Of a DNA stretch of 64,000 nucleotides, positions 57,071-64,000 are shown one piece after another. Location of the stretch: contig NOWV01000205.1 in NCBI GenBank assembly GCA_003344405.1, forward strand, positions 62,001 to 126,000, written 5' to 3'. Source of the DNA: Trichoplax sp. H2 (lineage: Eukaryota). The first letter of the stretch is position 1. Every line of letters begins with the position of its first letter. The notes beneath the pieces were generated by a model. It saw nothing but the letters and a program-made list of their open reading frames with translations. It was not told the origin of the DNA and made no database searches. The position numbers and the translations under genes are program-made.

Positions 57071-58388
57071 ATGGTTAAGATCGACGCTTTGGCAGATGCT
57101 CTAAAAACAATTTACAATGCTGAAAAACGTGGCAAACGCCAAGTCTTGATTAGGCCTTCTTCAAAGGTTATCGTCAAGTTCTTGTCCGTTATGATGAAGC
57201 ACGGTAAGTTCCAGTTGACCCCCACTTCAAAAGCATTCCCTTATTAGTAATGCTATACAGTATCCACGGAACGTCTTTTTCATCTTGATGACTGCTTGAA
57301 TGTGGCCTTTTCAGTAATGAGGGCTATAGTGATTGAGAATTTCTTACTCGTACAAAATTGCCTGTATTATTATACATATCATGGTACACTTTAAAATATC
57401 ATCTAGTACTGAAGTCTAATAATAACGTATTAGAGCATACTGTTGCCGTTCAGTATCCTTGCTTGTACTATGTTGTACGGTGTACCGGTAGAATGGCATA
57501 TCCGTAATAATCCCTACCATTGGAGTTGATATGCATTCTATTCTACACCAGACCGAAATGAAATGCTACGGAGTAATAGGGCTAATTGCTTTGAATTCGC
57601 TAACGTACGACTGCTTGATCGCATACTGTATATAGGTTATATCGGGGAATTTGAAATTATCGACGATCATAGAGGTGGCAAAATTGTTGTAAATCTTAAC
57701 GGCAGATTGAATAAGGTGAGTTTGTATTATATATGTTCTTACTCAGTAATACAGCACTCGATGATGAAAACGTGTTGCACCTACGCCATACGATTTTTGA
57801 TTTATTAAATACTATGCAAGTTATGATGAACTTGTAAATTGGCGTTAATGGTACTCGATATGGCTCTCTAGATCATCTCTAATTATAACCTTCTAACACC
57901 TATGAGAAATTCATCATTCTTGCGTTGTTATTATATAGTGTGGTGTAGTAAGTCCTCGATTCGATATCGCTCAGCGAGAGTATGAAAAATGGGTTAACAA
58001 TTTATTGCCATCACGTTTATTTGGGTGAGTACCAACTATACGCGTGTTTGCAGTTTTATCCATTAAATGTCCTAGTCGCTGGTGCATGCAGTCAGCATTT
58101 GTTTACGCGCTTTAAGGAAATGGACAGTAGCATTAGTTATAAAGTGCAGTACGCCAACACTAGTACATCAACTATCAATAGCTAGGACATTGTAGCTATA
58201 ATGTACAGTACTGTATATGGAGGAAATTGTGAACCTGCAAAGGATTGATGAATATTGTTATTAAACTTTCTGCACTTTCAACCAACTATTACAGATTTAT
58301 AGTGGTAACAACATCAGCTGGTATTATGGATCACGAAGAGGCCAGGCGTAAACATACTGGTGGAAAAATTCTTGGATTTTTCTATTAG
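57071..58388 (+). CDS. RPS15A: 40S ribosomal protein S15a (uS8); exons 57071-57203, 57636-57715, 57939-58024, 58295-58388
   Basis: [38 protein letters not shown]...[36 protein letters not shown]...[26 protein letters not shown]. Confidence 0.98.
58059..58192 (+). ncRNA. Candidate intronic H/ACA snoRNA
   Basis: Stem tccatt/aatgga, H-box-like ACAGTA (58124-58129), second stem tagttat/atagcta and ACA at 58187-58189, in a ribosomal protein gene intron. Confidence 0.35.
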
Positions 58389-59076
58389 TAAATTGTATAT
58401 TGGTGTTTATGTAGAATAAAATTGCTTCGAAAGATACCTTTCTGTTTCATTTTGCTTGACTTCGAGCTTAAAGATACTCTGTGATACTTGTTTCCGTGCG
58501 AAATATTTTTCCTCTAGCGGCGAACAATATATCACTGACGCAAATATAAAGCGTAACGGTTATAGTTATGACTTTTTATTTTAATCATAGCATCCCTTAA
58601 TGCAGCAAAGCGCTTGGCAGTGACTTCAAATCTTTGTACAAAATGAACAGGACTGCTACATTATATTTCTAAAAAGACAAGTGTATATACCGCAGGTAGA
58701 TACAGACTACAGCCTAAGCCAGTAAATGATATGCTTAATGATAGTAAATACTAAAGATAAACCTTTCGAAGATACTGATGCAGTTACCATCATGTATCTA
58801 TCTTAGCTTTCGTAAGAATTGTAATATTAAAATATTCTCAAAACTAGAACAGTGCAATACAATAGGTGATTTCATTCCAATTTTAGAAAGTCAGTAGACG
58901 TCGCCGTACTACGATTCGCATTTAACGATCTTGCATCGCTAAACTTCAAAATACCGATACCATTAACAGCTATCTATATCACATTTCGATGCTACATTAA
59001 TACAGTTAGCTTAAAATATATTATTCGCGTCGCATGGATGTTCATGCAAGGACAATTTCGCATAATATTATAAGCA

Positions 59077-63535
<4,459 letters not shown>

Positions 63536-64000
63536 CTACAAACAGGAAAAATATATTTAATGTTATTTATATCCTATGACTACAATCGACATTTTGAGGA
63601 ATTCAAAGTGGATAAAAGTCATGGCATAAAATCGAATATATGCTTAAGTATATTAAATGACAAGTAATGTGGAAGTTGTGGTAACAAATATTATTTCAAT
63701 TGATGAAAAACGCTAGAAATCATATTACTCGATGAATGTATTAACATGTGCGATAGATGGTGGATAGTTTAGTCAGACAGTACATAATCATGAACGTTAG
63801 CATCATAGTAGTATAGTAACCATAGTCATTATTCTTTCCATAACCAAAAAACACCCCTAGAGTATCCCAGGATTTTCAATCAGTATCGTTTCACATCTTC
63901 AATATGGTATAGCAATTGTATTTTATATGAACAGTTAATGATAGCTATCAAACAAAACTGATTTATCAATAGACCCTTGGTCATACTATAATAAAATGAA

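Noticed and set aside
57760..57840. C/D snoRNA in the RPS15A intron (two ATGATGA boxes)
   Set aside because: No downstream CTGA D box or terminal stem was found in this intron.

Overview
AT-rich, intron-containing animal nuclear DNA. The compact introns, base composition and gene content suggest an early-branching metazoan, most plausibly a placozoan such as Trichoplax; this is an inference. I reconstructed exons by hand from GT-AG boundaries and reading frames. Left to right: the 5' end of a signal-peptide gene running off the left edge (-), TMEM184 (-), a Polycomb-type chromobox CBX (-), an intact mitochondrial-clan cytochrome P450 (+), a two-exon secreted precursor with a C-C-CC-C-C knottin/ICK framework whose second exon is missing from the ORF track (+), a pseudogenised paralogue of the P450 (+), a GPI-type surface protein with two degenerate Frizzled-CRD-like modules (-), a death-domain-less IRAK/Pelle-like probable pseudokinase (+), a ~185-bp tandem array, a TEFM/Ydc2-like HhH+RuvC protein that keeps resolvase catalytic residues (+), COX19 (-), RPS15A (+) and Miro/RHOT (-, 5' end outside the window). 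The most interesting points are the apparently nuclease-competent TEFM, the knottin precursor, self-complementary TACTGTACAGTA arrays concentrated upstream of housekeeping or divergent gene starts, a perfect 31-bp inverted repeat, the HRN pseudokinase, and candidate intronic snoRNAs.
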